Of a stretch of DNA of 64,000 nucleotides, positions 38,714 through 47,612 are shown one piece after another; the stretch's first letter is position 1; each line of letters starts with the position of its first letter. Origin of the DNA: Candidatus Iainarchaeum sp. (GTDB lineage Archaea > Iainarchaeota > Iainarchaeia > Iainarchaeales > GCA-2688035). Position numbers and translations under genes: made by a program. The stretch lies in assembly GCA_017610205.1 (NCBI GenBank), contig JAFCCL010000006.1:32001-96000 (forward strand). Reading direction: 5' to 3'. Below the pieces are notes generated by a model that searched no databases, had not been told where the DNA came from, and was given only the letters and a program-made list of their open reading frames with translations.

Positions 38714-38791
38714 TCTAAAGAATAATTCCTTTTTAAGGATTTATAATCCTTGCTGTTTCAGCAAAATTCCAAAATTTGCAATACCTGGTTA

Positions 38792-39349
38792 CTACCCCAA
38801 AATTGCATTAACTTTTGCTGCAATTGCCCCTTTTGGATTTCTGAGCAGGAATCCTTCAATTACTGAAAGATTGTGGCATTTTCTGTTGCAGGAAGCCTTT
38901 TCAAAGTCAATTATTACAGGCATTCCTTTTCTTACCAGAATGTTTTTGCCGCTTCCTGCAAGCTGACCGTGGTCCAGACCAATTTTGTCAAGGACCTTTG
39001 CCTGCCTTTGCAGCTCTTTGACAAAACGCTTTAGTCCTGTTTTTGAAGGGCCCGCAAAAATCCATTCTGAAAAGCACGAGCCTTCAATGAATTCCATTAA
39101 AACAATTCTTTTTTCAAGATCTGCATCAAATAATTTTGGGCCAATTCCAACACCGTTTGCCTTTTTCAAATTTTCAGATTCCCTTTCAGCCATTTTAAAT
39201 CGCGTACTGTCATGCCGTTCCATTTTGATTACAAAAAAAACTCCTTTTTTATTCCTTGCAAGAAAAAGGTGGCTGCTAAAGCCCCTGTCAATCTTTTTTT
39301 CAAAGAAAAGCTTTTTTTTGAGCAGGAATTCTTTCAAAGTTGAATGCAT
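38792..39349 (-). CDS. small archaeal Ser/Thr kinase (RIO/Bud32-like)
   Basis: VIKMER, ESENLKKAN..GIGPKL, MEFIEG, HGQL..KNILV, IIDFEKAS. Confidence 0.85.
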   Translation of the reverse strand: MHSTLKEFLLKKKLFFEKKIDRGFSSHLFLARNKKGVFFVIKMERHDSTRFKMAERESENLKKANGVGIGPKLFDADLEKRIVLMEFIEGSCFSEWIFAGPSKTGLKRFVKELQRQAKVLDKIGLDHGQLAGSGKNILVRKGMPVIIDFEKASCNRKCHNLSVIEGFLLRNPKGAIAAKVNAILG

Positions 39350-39409
39350 AATCTATTTATAGAAGAAAAGCAATTAATTACTTGTTTTGCTTTAAAAGGA
39401 GTGATTTTT

Positions 39410-40102
39410 ATGGAAGGAAAAATAACACTTGTGAAAACAGGAACACCTGGTTTGGACGAACTTTTTACAAAAGGCGGATTTGACCACAGTAGCAGCATTC
39501 TTGTAAGCGGAGAGCCAGGAGCAGGAAAAAGCATTGTTGCATTGCAATACATTTACAACGGCGCACGTATTTACGGAGAAGCAGGAATTTATGTCACCAG
39601 TGAACAAAGCATTGAAAAAGTAAGGGAAAACGCAAAATCTCTTGGAATGAATTTTGCAGAGCTTGAAGAAAAAGGGCTTGTAAAGCTAATGAAGATTCCA
39701 ATAAATCGCGGCTATGAAATGGCTGACGATGAATTAATGCGCGAAATCAAAAAGGAAGAGGTAAAAAGGGTTGCAATTGACTCAATAACGCCTTTGGAAA
39801 ATCTTTCACCGGACATTAGAGGATTTAGAGTAAGAATACTTGGATTTATTGAAACAGTTACCGCAAATAACATAACACTTTTGGTTACAGCTGAAAAGCG
39901 CAAAACAGATTTTGACAACATGGAGTTTTCTCCGGAAGACTTTCTTTTCGACGGACTTATTATGATGGGAAGGCTTCGCAAGGCAGTAAGCTTTGAAAGA
40001 GTATTAAGCGTTATAAAAATGCGTGGAACAAAGCACAGCGAGGAACTGCATCCTGTTGAAATAAGCAATTCAGGGCTTGTGATTAAAAGCCTTGAAGAAT
40101 AA
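39410..40102 (+). CDS. KaiC/RAD55-like RecA-fold ATPase, single domain
   Basis: TGTPGLDEL, GEPGAGKS, AIDSIT, KMRGTKH. Confidence 0.92.
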   Translation: MEGKITLVKTGTPGLDELFTKGGFDHSSSILVSGEPGAGKSIVALQYIYNGARIYGEAGIYVTSEQSIEKVRENAKSLGMNFAELEEKGLVKLMKIPINRGYEMADDELMREIKKEEVKRVAIDSITPLENLSPDIRGFRVRILGFIETVTANNITLLVTAEKRKTDFDNMEFSPEDFLFDGLIMMGRLRKAVSFERVLSVIKMRGTKHSEELHPVEISNSGLVIKSLEE

Positions 40103-40224
40103 AGTTTTGTTAATTGCTTAAAAACAACTAAGTTTATTAAAAAAAAGCAATTAAGTTTGTTTTTTAAAAAAAAAGATAATTTGGGCATTTTCATTGAAAC
40201 ACCCTTTAAAATAAAGCAAAACAT

Positions 40225-40380
40225 TTAGTCTGCTTCAGGAACTGCATCAGCTTCTGTTTCAGATTCAGTTTCCTCTTCAGATTCAGTTTCCTCTTCAGAT
40301 TCAGTTTCCTCTTCAGATTCAGTTTCTCTATCTGTTTCTTCGTTAGGTGCTTCGCCTTCTTTCTGAAATTTTATATTCAT
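40225..40380 (-). CDS. 51-aa highly acidic repeat microprotein (not in ORF track)
   Basis: MNIKFQKEGEAPNEETDR(ETESEE)3ETESETEADAVPEAD; GGGAGTGA RBS upstream. Confidence 0.65.
   Translation of the reverse strand: MNIKFQKEGEAPNEETDRETESEEETESEEETESEEETESETEADAVPEAD
40258..40326. repeat. 18-bp perfect tandem repeat, about 3.8 units
   Basis: TTCAGATTCAGTTTCCTC. Confidence 0.92.
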
Positions 40381-40588
40381 TATAAATCACTCCCGATTGT
40401 TTTATTTTTCTAAAATAAATAGTTTAAAACTATTAAGCAACATTTTTACAAAAAAGCTTAAAAAAGGAATTTGGAGCAGGTTTCCCATAAAAAAAACGAA
40501 AGGAAATAAAAATGGTTGCAATGATTATTTTTCAAAAACTTTTCATTGTAGGAAATATTTAAGTAAGGGAAAGGGCTTTAGTTATTTC

Positions 40589-42061
40589 ATGCCTCTTTTC
40601 TATGGTGAAAAAAGGGCAATGAATGAAATTGCCTCAGTTCTTTCTTCGCAGTGGAGCAATGGAATGCTTCCGCAAATAAGATTTGTTCCAGGACAAACAG
40701 GCTACAGCCCTGATGAAGAAGAATGGGGAGTTACTGCAAAAATAAGCGGAAACAAAAAAGTAAGGACTTCAGGAATTACACAGCCCCCGAACATTGCCTT
40801 TGCACTATGGAAGGTTTTTAACAGCTCGCAGAACAAGGAAGAGCTTGTGCCAGCCCTCAAAGAATTTTACCCAAAGCTCAAAAAATACCATTCATTTCTT
40901 TTAAAGGAGCGTGACCCTAAAGGAGAAGGTCTTGCGTCCGTTTTTCACCCATGGGCAACTGGTTCTGATAACACTCCGTGTTATGACGAGCTTGTAAAAA
41001 GCGTGGGAAAAGATCTTAGAGAAAATGGATTTGAACAAAGAATAAAAAAAAGAAAAGATGCGATTTACGTTGACAAAAGCCAACGACCAAAAGAAAAGGA
41101 TTACGAAACCTATGGAAGGCTGCTTGGCTTTTTTGTTGCAAAAAAGTATGACCAAAAAAGACTCTGGAAAGAATGCCCTTTTGTTGTTCAGGATATTTTG
41201 TTTAACTGCATTTTTAAGGAATCACTTTCCGCAATGGCAAAAATTGCAGACGCTCTTTCTTTGGAAAAAGAAAAAAAGCTTGATGAAAAGCTTGCGTTAA
41301 AGGTTAAAAATGCAATAAAAAGCAAATTGTATGATGAAGAAACAGAACTGTTTTATTCTTTTGATGTAAAAGGGAACAAGCTGATAAAAATTGCAACAGT
41401 GCATTCACTTGCGCCACTTTTTGGAAAAATTGCATCCAAAGAACAGGCAAATGCATTGATAAAGCATTTGAAAAGCGAAAAAGAATTTAATCCAAAGAAC
41501 GGTTTTATGGTTCCAAGCGTTCCACTTAACGGAAAGGAGTTTAATCCAACAGGATATGCACGCGGACCTGTTTGGCCTGTGCGAAACTGGATTGTTATAA
41601 AAGGCCTGGAAAATTATGACAAGAAGTTTGCAAGAAATCTTAAAGAGGAAACAATTGCATTAATTTCACAAGGCTTTAAGGGAATTGAAGAACTTGAAAG
41701 CCTTGCAGCTTCCCTAATGGAATACAACAGCTTTAATGAATCATTTACTACACCCTCCAAAACACAGTACTGCCACGGATGGCTTTGGGATTCTGGATTT
41801 GCAGCAATTGGATGGAGTAGAGTAAGAAAAAAACCAGACCCAAGGATTTGGAAAAATGTGGAGTTGCGAAAGAAAGTACTTAGGAAAGAAGGAGCCAGTT
41901 CCGCTGAAATTAAAAATGCTCTTGGAAAGGAATTCCAAATGCCTTTGTTTGATGAATACTTTACCCCAATTGCTTCAAAGAAAGGAGTGGCTGGAATGCC
42001 TTTGGGCTCTGAGAAAATGACCTGGACAGCTGCGCTGCTTCTTGACTTGCTTCATTCATAA
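40589..42061 (+). CDS. GH63/MGH1-like (alpha/alpha)6 glycoside hydrolase with rearranged segment order
   Basis: QWSNGMLP, TSGITQPP, HPWATGSDNTP, RGPVW, WLWDSGF, EYFTP, WTAALLLD. Confidence 0.85.
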   Translation: MPLFYGEKRAMNEIASVLSSQWSNGMLPQIRFVPGQTGYSPDEEEWGVTAKISGNKKVRTSGITQPPNIAFALWKVFNSSQNKEELVPALKEFYPKLKKYHSFLLKERDPKGEGLASVFHPWATGSDNTPCYDELVKSVGKDLRENGFEQRIKKRKDAIYVDKSQRPKEKDYETYGRLLGFFVAKKYDQKRLWKECPFVVQDILFNCIFKESLSAMAKIADALSLEKEKKLDEKLALKVKNAIKSKLYDEETELFYSFDVKGNKLIKIATVHSLAPLFGKIASKEQANALIKHLKSEKEFNPKNGFMVPSVPLNGKEFNPTGYARGPVWPVRNWIVIKGLENYDKKFARNLKEETIALISQGFKGIEELESLAASLMEYNSFNESFTTPSKTQYCHGWLWDSGFAAIGWSRVRKKPDPRIWKNVELRKKVLRKEGASSAEIKNALGKEFQMPLFDEYFTPIASKKGVAGMPLGSEKMTWTAALLLDLLHS

Positions 42062-43111
42062 CAGTTTTTCTTTAAACAATTTGAAAGCAAGCTTTGACTT
42101 TTTCTCAGCCTTTTTCCTTTTTGCAAGAAGCCTTTTTCTTGAAGCAGGCAAATTTTTGTACAACTTTGTTGTTTTTCTCGCAAGCTCTTCTGCCTTAAAA
42201 CCCTGTTCCACTTCAAAACTTTGCCAGCCAAAAGCCTTTACAAGATTTCTTGTTTTTGCAGTAAAATCAATTGCAACAAACGGCTTTCCGATTACGGCGG
42301 AAAAAACAAGTGAATGAAAACGCATTCCGACAACAAGGTCAAACTTTTCAAAAGTTTTTGTCAGTTTCATTCCAAGAGGCTTGTATTTCAAAAGCCTTAC
42401 CTTTTTGCTTTTAACACCTGAAAGAATTTTTTTGCAGAAGATTGTGTCATACTTTTTAAAGAAAGGAAAAATTTTAATTCCTGCACTTGTGTCAGAAGAA
42501 ACAAGGTCAATTGCTTTTGCAATCTTTTCCGCAAGTTGCTTGTCTTTTTTTGGTTTGAGCTCAAAAATTTCATAAAAGGGAATGGGACAGAAAAGAATTG
42601 CGTTCCTTTTTCTTCTATCAGGCTTTTTGCTTTCAGTAAAAGTTAAATCTGCAGAAACATAAATTTGCTTTTTAACATTAGCTTTCCTAAGCTGGTCCCT
42701 GCTTTCATTGTCCCGCATAATAATCAAATCGGAGTTTTCGCAAAGCTTTCTTGCAAGAGCCCTTCCTTTTGCTGTCTTAAGCTTGGTGGAACCAATTGAA
42801 AGCAAACAGGTTTTGACACTTGGTTTTTTTGCCTTCAAAAAAAACTTTACCAGATTTTCAAAACCTTTCAATCTGTAATCCTGGATTTGTGTTCCGCCGC
42901 CAAGAATAAAAAAATCATACTTTAGATTTGCAAGATTTGCTTTGGGGTTTATGGCCTCAATCCCAAAAGCCGTCCTTGTTTTTGCAGGGTTTCCTGAAAC
43001 AGCAATTGTTTTGATACTAAGCTTTTTGAACTGTTTGGCAATAACCTGCAGCATTGCGTCATCACCAATATTATCTTTGCCATAATACCCATAAACTAAA
43101 GCGGTTTGCAT
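42056..43111 (-). CDS. polysaccharide pyruvyl transferase family protein
   Basis: GYYGKDNIGDDAM, GGGTQIQD, MRDNES, ADL, GMRFHSLV. Confidence 0.9.
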   Translation of the reverse strand: MQTALVYGYYGKDNIGDDAMLQVIAKQFKKLSIKTIAVSGNPAKTRTAFGIEAINPKANLANLKYDFFILGGGTQIQDYRLKGFENLVKFFLKAKKPSVKTCLLSIGSTKLKTAKGRALARKLCENSDLIIMRDNESRDQLRKANVKKQIYVSADLTFTESKKPDRRKRNAILFCPIPFYEIFELKPKKDKQLAEKIAKAIDLVSSDTSAGIKIFPFFKKYDTIFCKKILSGVKSKKVRLLKYKPLGMKLTKTFEKFDLVVGMRFHSLVFSAVIGKPFVAIDFTAKTRNLVKAFGWQSFEVEQGFKAEELARKTTKLYKNLPASRKRLLAKRKKAEKKSKLAFKLFKEKLL

Positions 43112-43161
43112 GAAAATAAGAAAGCACATGGAATAATAAAAGCCTTTCTGCAAGCAGGGTG

Positions 43162-44340
43162 TTAGCCAAATTTTGCTTTGAATTGGACTTTCAATGATTG
43201 TTCTTTGCCAAGAACTTGGACAAGCTTGACCCAGTTTTTCTGCAATTGCTGGTATTTTTTCTTGTTCTTGTCTGCAAAGCTTCTTGCATCAAACAATGAA
43301 ACCTTGATGTTTGCCAAGTGGATTTTTGCTTCAGAAAATTTTGCCGTGAAAACAGAGCCTAAAAAAAGCAAAAGGTCTGTCAGCACAAGCTTTATGTAAA
43401 TGCTTCTTTTGAGAAACATTCCAGGATAGGGGTCAAGCTCTTCTATTACGTTTGAAGGCAATTTTTTTTCTTTTATAAATTCAAGAATCTTCTTTCTCTC
43501 ATAGATGAACCTGTAAGCATCCTTTCTCATGTAAACACACCAGTCAGACATCTTTTTGGGAGGAGGCAAATGCGTTATTGCAAGCTCTTTATCAAGGAAG
43601 AAGTACAAACCATAAGCTCTTGCGTTAATCAAAAGGTCCATATCCTCTCCATAGGGAATAAGGGAATCAAACATAAGCTTGTGAAACAGGTCTTTGTGTA
43701 AAACTATGTTGCCTCCAAATGCAAAGCTTGTTTCCTTCAGCCTTGGTTCCTTGCCAATAATTGAAAAGGCCTTGTTCATGTTCTTTATTTTGTTCCAGAA
43801 AACATCCCACCAAAGCTTTTTCCAGTTCCAAGGCACAAGGTAAGAGCCGGACCTGTCAACATAATAGCCTGCAACAGCCCCAACAAACTTTCCATCAAAG
43901 CACTTTCCAATGAACTCCCTGGCTTTCTTTAGGAATTTCTTGTCTTCAATCAATTCATCATCATCCAGAAACATTATTATTGGCGAGCCAAGGAGGATGC
44001 CTATTGCAAGCCCAAAATTTCTGAAACAAGAGTAGTTGCCGATTGCTACAGAGCCCTTTAGGTCAGCTAAGCCTTTTGAGGAAATAAATTGGTGAAATTT
44101 TTTGACATCACGATAGCTTACTTGTGCAATTGGAAAGTGTTTTCTAAAAGGAGAAATTATTTTATCAATTTTTCCCCTTACCCTCTCATTGTACTCCAAA
44201 TCATAGGTATTATTTATTATCAAAACGCGGAAATTTTTTTCGTTAAGTGAACGAATACTTTCAAGCAACTGAACAAAGGTATTGTGCTTTAATTCGAGTC
44301 TTTCTCCAAAGGTTGCAATCACTATAAGCATTTCCTGCAT
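43162..44340 (-). CDS. GT-A fold (GT2-like) glycosyltransferase
   Basis: RNFGL, FLDDDE, FGGN, GEDMD, H-LPP. Confidence 0.85.
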   Translation of the reverse strand: MQEMLIVIATFGERLELKHNTFVQLLESIRSLNEKNFRVLIINNTYDLEYNERVRGKIDKIISPFRKHFPIAQVSYRDVKKFHQFISSKGLADLKGSVAIGNYSCFRNFGLAIGILLGSPIIMFLDDDELIEDKKFLKKAREFIGKCFDGKFVGAVAGYYVDRSGSYLVPWNWKKLWWDVFWNKIKNMNKAFSIIGKEPRLKETSFAFGGNIVLHKDLFHKLMFDSLIPYGEDMDLLINARAYGLYFFLDKELAITHLPPPKKMSDWCVYMRKDAYRFIYERKKILEFIKEKKLPSNVIEELDPYPGMFLKRSIYIKLVLTDLLLFLGSVFTAKFSEAKIHLANIKVSLFDARSFADKNKKKYQQLQKNWVKLVQVLGKEQSLKVQFKAKFG

Positions 44341-44459
44341 ACTCAAAAACCAGAAATAAAGAAAGGCAAGCTTAATTATAACCTTATCCCCTAAAGCAAA
44401 AGCCAACGGCTTTTTGCAAAGAACATGTTTTTATAGTAAAAAGGGATTCTTTTTAATGC

Positions 44460-45224
44460 ATGGCAAACGATATCAAACCAAGGGTAACAGTAATAATGTC
44501 TGCTTACAATGCAGAAAGATTTGTTGCCGAAGCAATTGAATCTGTTTTGAACCAGACAATGAAAAATTTTGAACTAATTGTAATTAATGACAACTCAAAA
44601 GACAAGACAGGAAAGATTTGCAAAAACTACAAGGATAAGAGAATCCATTATTTTGAACACAAGTACAACAAGGGGAAAAACCATGCAGTAAACTTTGCAT
44701 TCAAAAGGGCTCGCGGGAAATATGCCTGCATTTTTGATGCGGACGACGTAATGGTAAATTACAAGCTTGAGGCAAGCAGCAAGCTGCTTGACAAGCACCC
44801 GGAAGTAGGGCTTGTTTATGGAGACGCATGGATTATTGACGAGGCTTCTGAAATTACTGGTCCGCTGTCTTTTCCTTCAAGGGCTAAAAAAAATATTGAC
44901 GACAAGTTCCCTGATTTGAAATTTTCTATGGCAAAGTTGTGCAAGGGCGCTCTTTTCTCACAGGGCAGCACATTGTTTAGAATGGAGGCAATTAAGAAGG
45001 TTGGTGGCCTTGACGAAAAGTTAAAGGTTGCAGAGGACTGGGACCTTTGGATTAGGATTGCGGAAAAGTACACTCTTTACTATATGCCAGTTCCAATGTA
45101 CCTTTACAGAATAAACCCAAAAGGGCTCTTAAGCCAGGCACTGAAAGGAAAGTTTCACGAAAAAAGCAAGAAATTTGTTTTGAAGAAAATGCAGGAAAGG
45201 GCAAGGAAAGCGAAGAAATGTTAA
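44460..45224 (+). CDS. GT2 glycosyltransferase
   Basis: VIMSAYNAERF, VINDNSKD, FDADD, EDWDLWIR. Confidence 0.93.
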   Translation: MANDIKPRVTVIMSAYNAERFVAEAIESVLNQTMKNFELIVINDNSKDKTGKICKNYKDKRIHYFEHKYNKGKNHAVNFAFKRARGKYACIFDADDVMVNYKLEASSKLLDKHPEVGLVYGDAWIIDEASEITGPLSFPSRAKKNIDDKFPDLKFSMAKLCKGALFSQGSTLFRMEAIKKVGGLDEKLKVAEDWDLWIRIAEKYTLYYMPVPMYLYRINPKGLLSQALKGKFHEKSKKFVLKKMQERARKAKKC

Positions 45225-45230
45225 TTCTTT

Positions 45231-45269
45231 TAAACATTAAACACTTGCAACCGCTATAAGGGATACAAC
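45231..45269. repeat. 39-bp direct repeat, copy 1
   Basis: TAAACATTAAACACTTGCAACCGCTATAAGGGATACAAC; 37/39 identical to 46724-46762. Confidence 0.9.
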
Positions 45270-45273
45270 AGTT

Positions 45274-45546
45274 TTAATCAACTTTAATGCCAAGCAATTC
45301 ATAAATCATTTGCTTTATTTCTGGAGCCCTTTTATGGTTCAAGGAAACATGCAAACCATAGCCTGTAGGCTTTTTGAAAAGAAGATTTTCCTTGATTAAT
45401 TCTTCAGCAGCCCTTTTCACCAAAAGATGCTCTCTTGGCTTGAAACCCTTCTTAAGGTTGTCAAAAGCAGTATGGGAATTACCCCAGTTTCTTCTCCTTG
45501 CCAGTTTGAAAAGAAGCTTTGTCTTAACTAGCTCAAGAGAGTCCAT
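45274..45546 (-). CDS. small winged-helix-like protein, possible TA component
   Basis: WGNSHT..NLKKGF, KKPTGYG..VSLN; divergent from an HTH gene inside the repeat-bounded cassette. Confidence 0.65.
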   Translation of the reverse strand: MDSLELVKTKLLFKLARRRNWGNSHTAFDNLKKGFKPREHLLVKRAAEELIKENLLFKKPTGYGLHVSLNHKRAPEIKQMIYELLGIKVD

Positions 45547-45598
45547 TTGAATAGACTTTGAAAGTATATTATTATAAACTTTGCTTTCAATAAGTTAA

Positions 45599-45925
45599 TT
45601 GGCGAAAAATATGGAAGAAGAAACAAATTTGGTAAGATTTTTTGGAGACAACCCTTTTGTGAGAATGCTAGACGCATTCATAGACAACATTGGCGGAGAG
45701 TACAGCAAAAAAGAAGTACAAGAACTTGCAGGAATAAGCAAGGGTGCCTTGTTTAAGCACTGGAAAAAGCTTGAAGAGCTTGACCTTGTCAGGATTACAA
45801 AGACCTTTGGAAACACAAAGCTTTTCACACTAAACAAGCAAAACCCCCTAGTAAAAGACATCCTTCGCTTTGAAGCAAGAATGATTGAAGAAACAACGCC
45901 AAAGTCAGTAAAAGCAGTTGCTTAA
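45599..45925 (+). CDS. winged-HTH DNA-binding protein
   Basis: SKKEVQELAGISKGALFKHWKKLEE...GNTKLFTLN. Confidence 0.78.
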   Translation: MAKNMEEETNLVRFFGDNPFVRMLDAFIDNIGGEYSKKEVQELAGISKGALFKHWKKLEELDLVRITKTFGNTKLFTLNKQNPLVKDILRFEARMIEETTPKSVKAVA

Positions 45926-46068
45926 AGCCAAAATAACCCAAAACCTACTTTTCCAAGGTTTAAAAACTTAAAACAAGTAAAGGCTTTTAAACATTAAAAA
46001 CTTACTTTTTGGGAAAGTATTACTTTTTACAATAGTAATATTTATATATAAGTTGCACCTATATTGTA

Positions 46069-46320
46069 TTGGTGATTTGTTTGGGCGAGAATGTTCTTGA
46101 AACCAGAATGACGAGCAAGGGCCAGGTCCTGATTTTAAAGGAAATAAGGGAAAGGCTTGGTTTGAGCAAAAGGCAGCAGTTCATTGAGAGAACCAAAGAC
46201 AACAAGGTTATTTTGGAACCTGTGCCAAATCTAGTAGACCTTGGAGGAACCCTGAAAAGCATGGGCAAAAACAAAAGCATTAAACAGCTTATGAAAGAAG
46301 TAAAAGAAGGCTGGGATTAA
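46069..46320 (+). CDS. AbrB/MazE-type antitoxin
   Basis: MTSKGQVLILKEIRERLGL. Confidence 0.85.
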   Translation: MVICLGENVLETRMTSKGQVLILKEIRERLGLSKRQQFIERTKDNKVILEPVPNLVDLGGTLKSMGKNKSIKQLMKEVKEGWD

Positions 46321-46321
46321 G

Positions 46322-46708
46322 GTGCTTGTGCTAGATACCTACGCACTCTTCGAATGGCTTGTCTACCAAAACCAAAAATATAAGAAATACTTTGTAGAAA
46401 TCAACGAAGAAGGCGCCCTCATCACCGAACTGGTTCTGATGGAATTCTACCACAAGGTCCTGCACGGAAAAGGAAAAGAAGAGGCAAACCAGCTGTTCAA
46501 CACCATAACAGCAAAAACAGAAACAATCAAGCTAAACAACGAAAGAATCAAAAAAACAGGCATAAAAAGAAGCCAAACACTAAAGCAAAAGAAAAAACTT
46601 TCCTACGCAGACTGTCTCAACCTTGTAATAGCAGAAGAATTCAACGCAAAAGTCCTGACAGGAGACAAAGAATTCAAAGGAATGCAAAACACGAAATTCG
46701 TGGAATGA
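46322..46708 (+). CDS. vapC: PIN-domain (VapC) toxin
   Basis: VLDTYAL, VLMEF, LSYADC, VLTGDKEF. Confidence 0.9.
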   Translation: MLVLDTYALFEWLVYQNQKYKKYFVEINEEGALITELVLMEFYHKVLHGKGKEEANQLFNTITAKTETIKLNNERIKKTGIKRSQTLKQKKKLSYADCLNLVIAEEFNAKVLTGDKEFKGMQNTKFVE

Positions 46709-46723
46709 CAAACCACAGGGCAG

Positions 46724-46762
46724 TAAACATTAAACGCTTGCAACCACTATAAGGGATACAAC
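46724..46762. repeat. 39-bp direct repeat, copy 2
   Basis: TAAACATTAAACGCTTGCAACCACTATAAGGGATACAAC. Confidence 0.9.
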
Positions 46763-46833
46763 CACTACTTTTCCACTACAAAAACAGGGGGCTTAAATAA
46801 TGCTTGCCTCACAATTAATGTAGTGATTTTGTA

Positions 46834-47118
46834 GTGGAAGTTTTTTGGACACAGCACGCATTGGAAAGATTTACTGAAAGGACCTTGCTTTATGGACTTT
46901 CAAGAACAGAGTTGGAGTTCGTAATCAAAAAGCAGGAAGTGAGAATTTCCAAAGGATTTGACAAAAAGTATAGAAAAGAATGCTTTGAAACAATTGGCAT
47001 GGTTGCCAACAAGTTTTTCACTGTTCAAAAAGCTGAAGACAAAAAGAAAATAATTGCGATTACCCTTTGGCAATCAAGCAAAAAGGAGGTTGAATTATGG
47101 TTTTCAAAACAAAAATAA
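46834..47118 (+). CDS. DUF4258/RelE-like putative toxin
   Basis: WTQHALER, C-terminal IIAITLW; overlaps the zinc-finger gene. Confidence 0.72.
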   Translation: MEVFWTQHALERFTERTLLYGLSRTELEFVIKKQEVRISKGFDKKYRKECFETIGMVANKFFTVQKAEDKKKIIAITLWQSSKKEVELWFSKQK

Positions 47119-47432
47119 AATGCCCAATTTGTGAGGGTGAAGCAAAACTGTCAAAAACAAGCCTGAAGATGTTCGGCGGCGTTGTTACACTAAAGGACAA
47201 CCCAATCTATGAGTGCAGGAAATGCAAGGAAAAGTTCGCAACAGGCAAAACCGTTGACAAGACCGTGAAAAGAGCAAGAAAGGAATTCAGCTTTGCAAGA
47301 AAGCTTATTTCAACAGGCGGCTCTTTGGCAATTACAATCCCACCAGATCTGACAAAATTCTACAAACTCAAAAAAGGGGAAGACATCCAGCTTATTCCGG
47401 CAGGCGAGCACTTGATGAAGGTTAAAGTGTAG
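47097..47432 (+). CDS. YgiT/MqsA-type zinc finger fused to an AbrB-like domain (antitoxin)
   Basis: CPIC...CRKC, then GGSLAITIPPD...LKKGE. Confidence 0.8.
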   Translation: MVFKTKIKCPICEGEAKLSKTSLKMFGGVVTLKDNPIYECRKCKEKFATGKTVDKTVKRARKEFSFARKLISTGGSLAITIPPDLTKFYKLKKGEDIQLIPAGEHLMKVKV

Positions 47433-47612
47433 GATAATATTAGATAAAAACCTACAGAATTAGCCTCAAAACAGCCTCAAATCCCCATTGTATATCCCAT
47501 AACAACTATAAGTTTTTAAACATTTATATCCATCAATTTATTATACATTTATTGAACGTAGATATCAATACCAAATTTTTAAAAACTAAAACAAACGGAG
47601 TGTGAGATATAA

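Noticed and set aside
39410-40102. Circadian clock KaiC
   Set aside because: Single-domain KaiC-like ATPases are common in archaea; no KaiA or KaiB
40258-40326. 18-bp repeat as CRISPR
   Set aside because: Head-to-tail units without spacers, in frame within a small ORF
40397-40588. Long N-terminal extensions in the ORF track (also 10011, 26613, 30536, 31332, 35365, 44406, 49956)
   Set aside because: They run through AT-rich promoter DNA or upstream genes; downstream starts fit family N-termini or overlaps better
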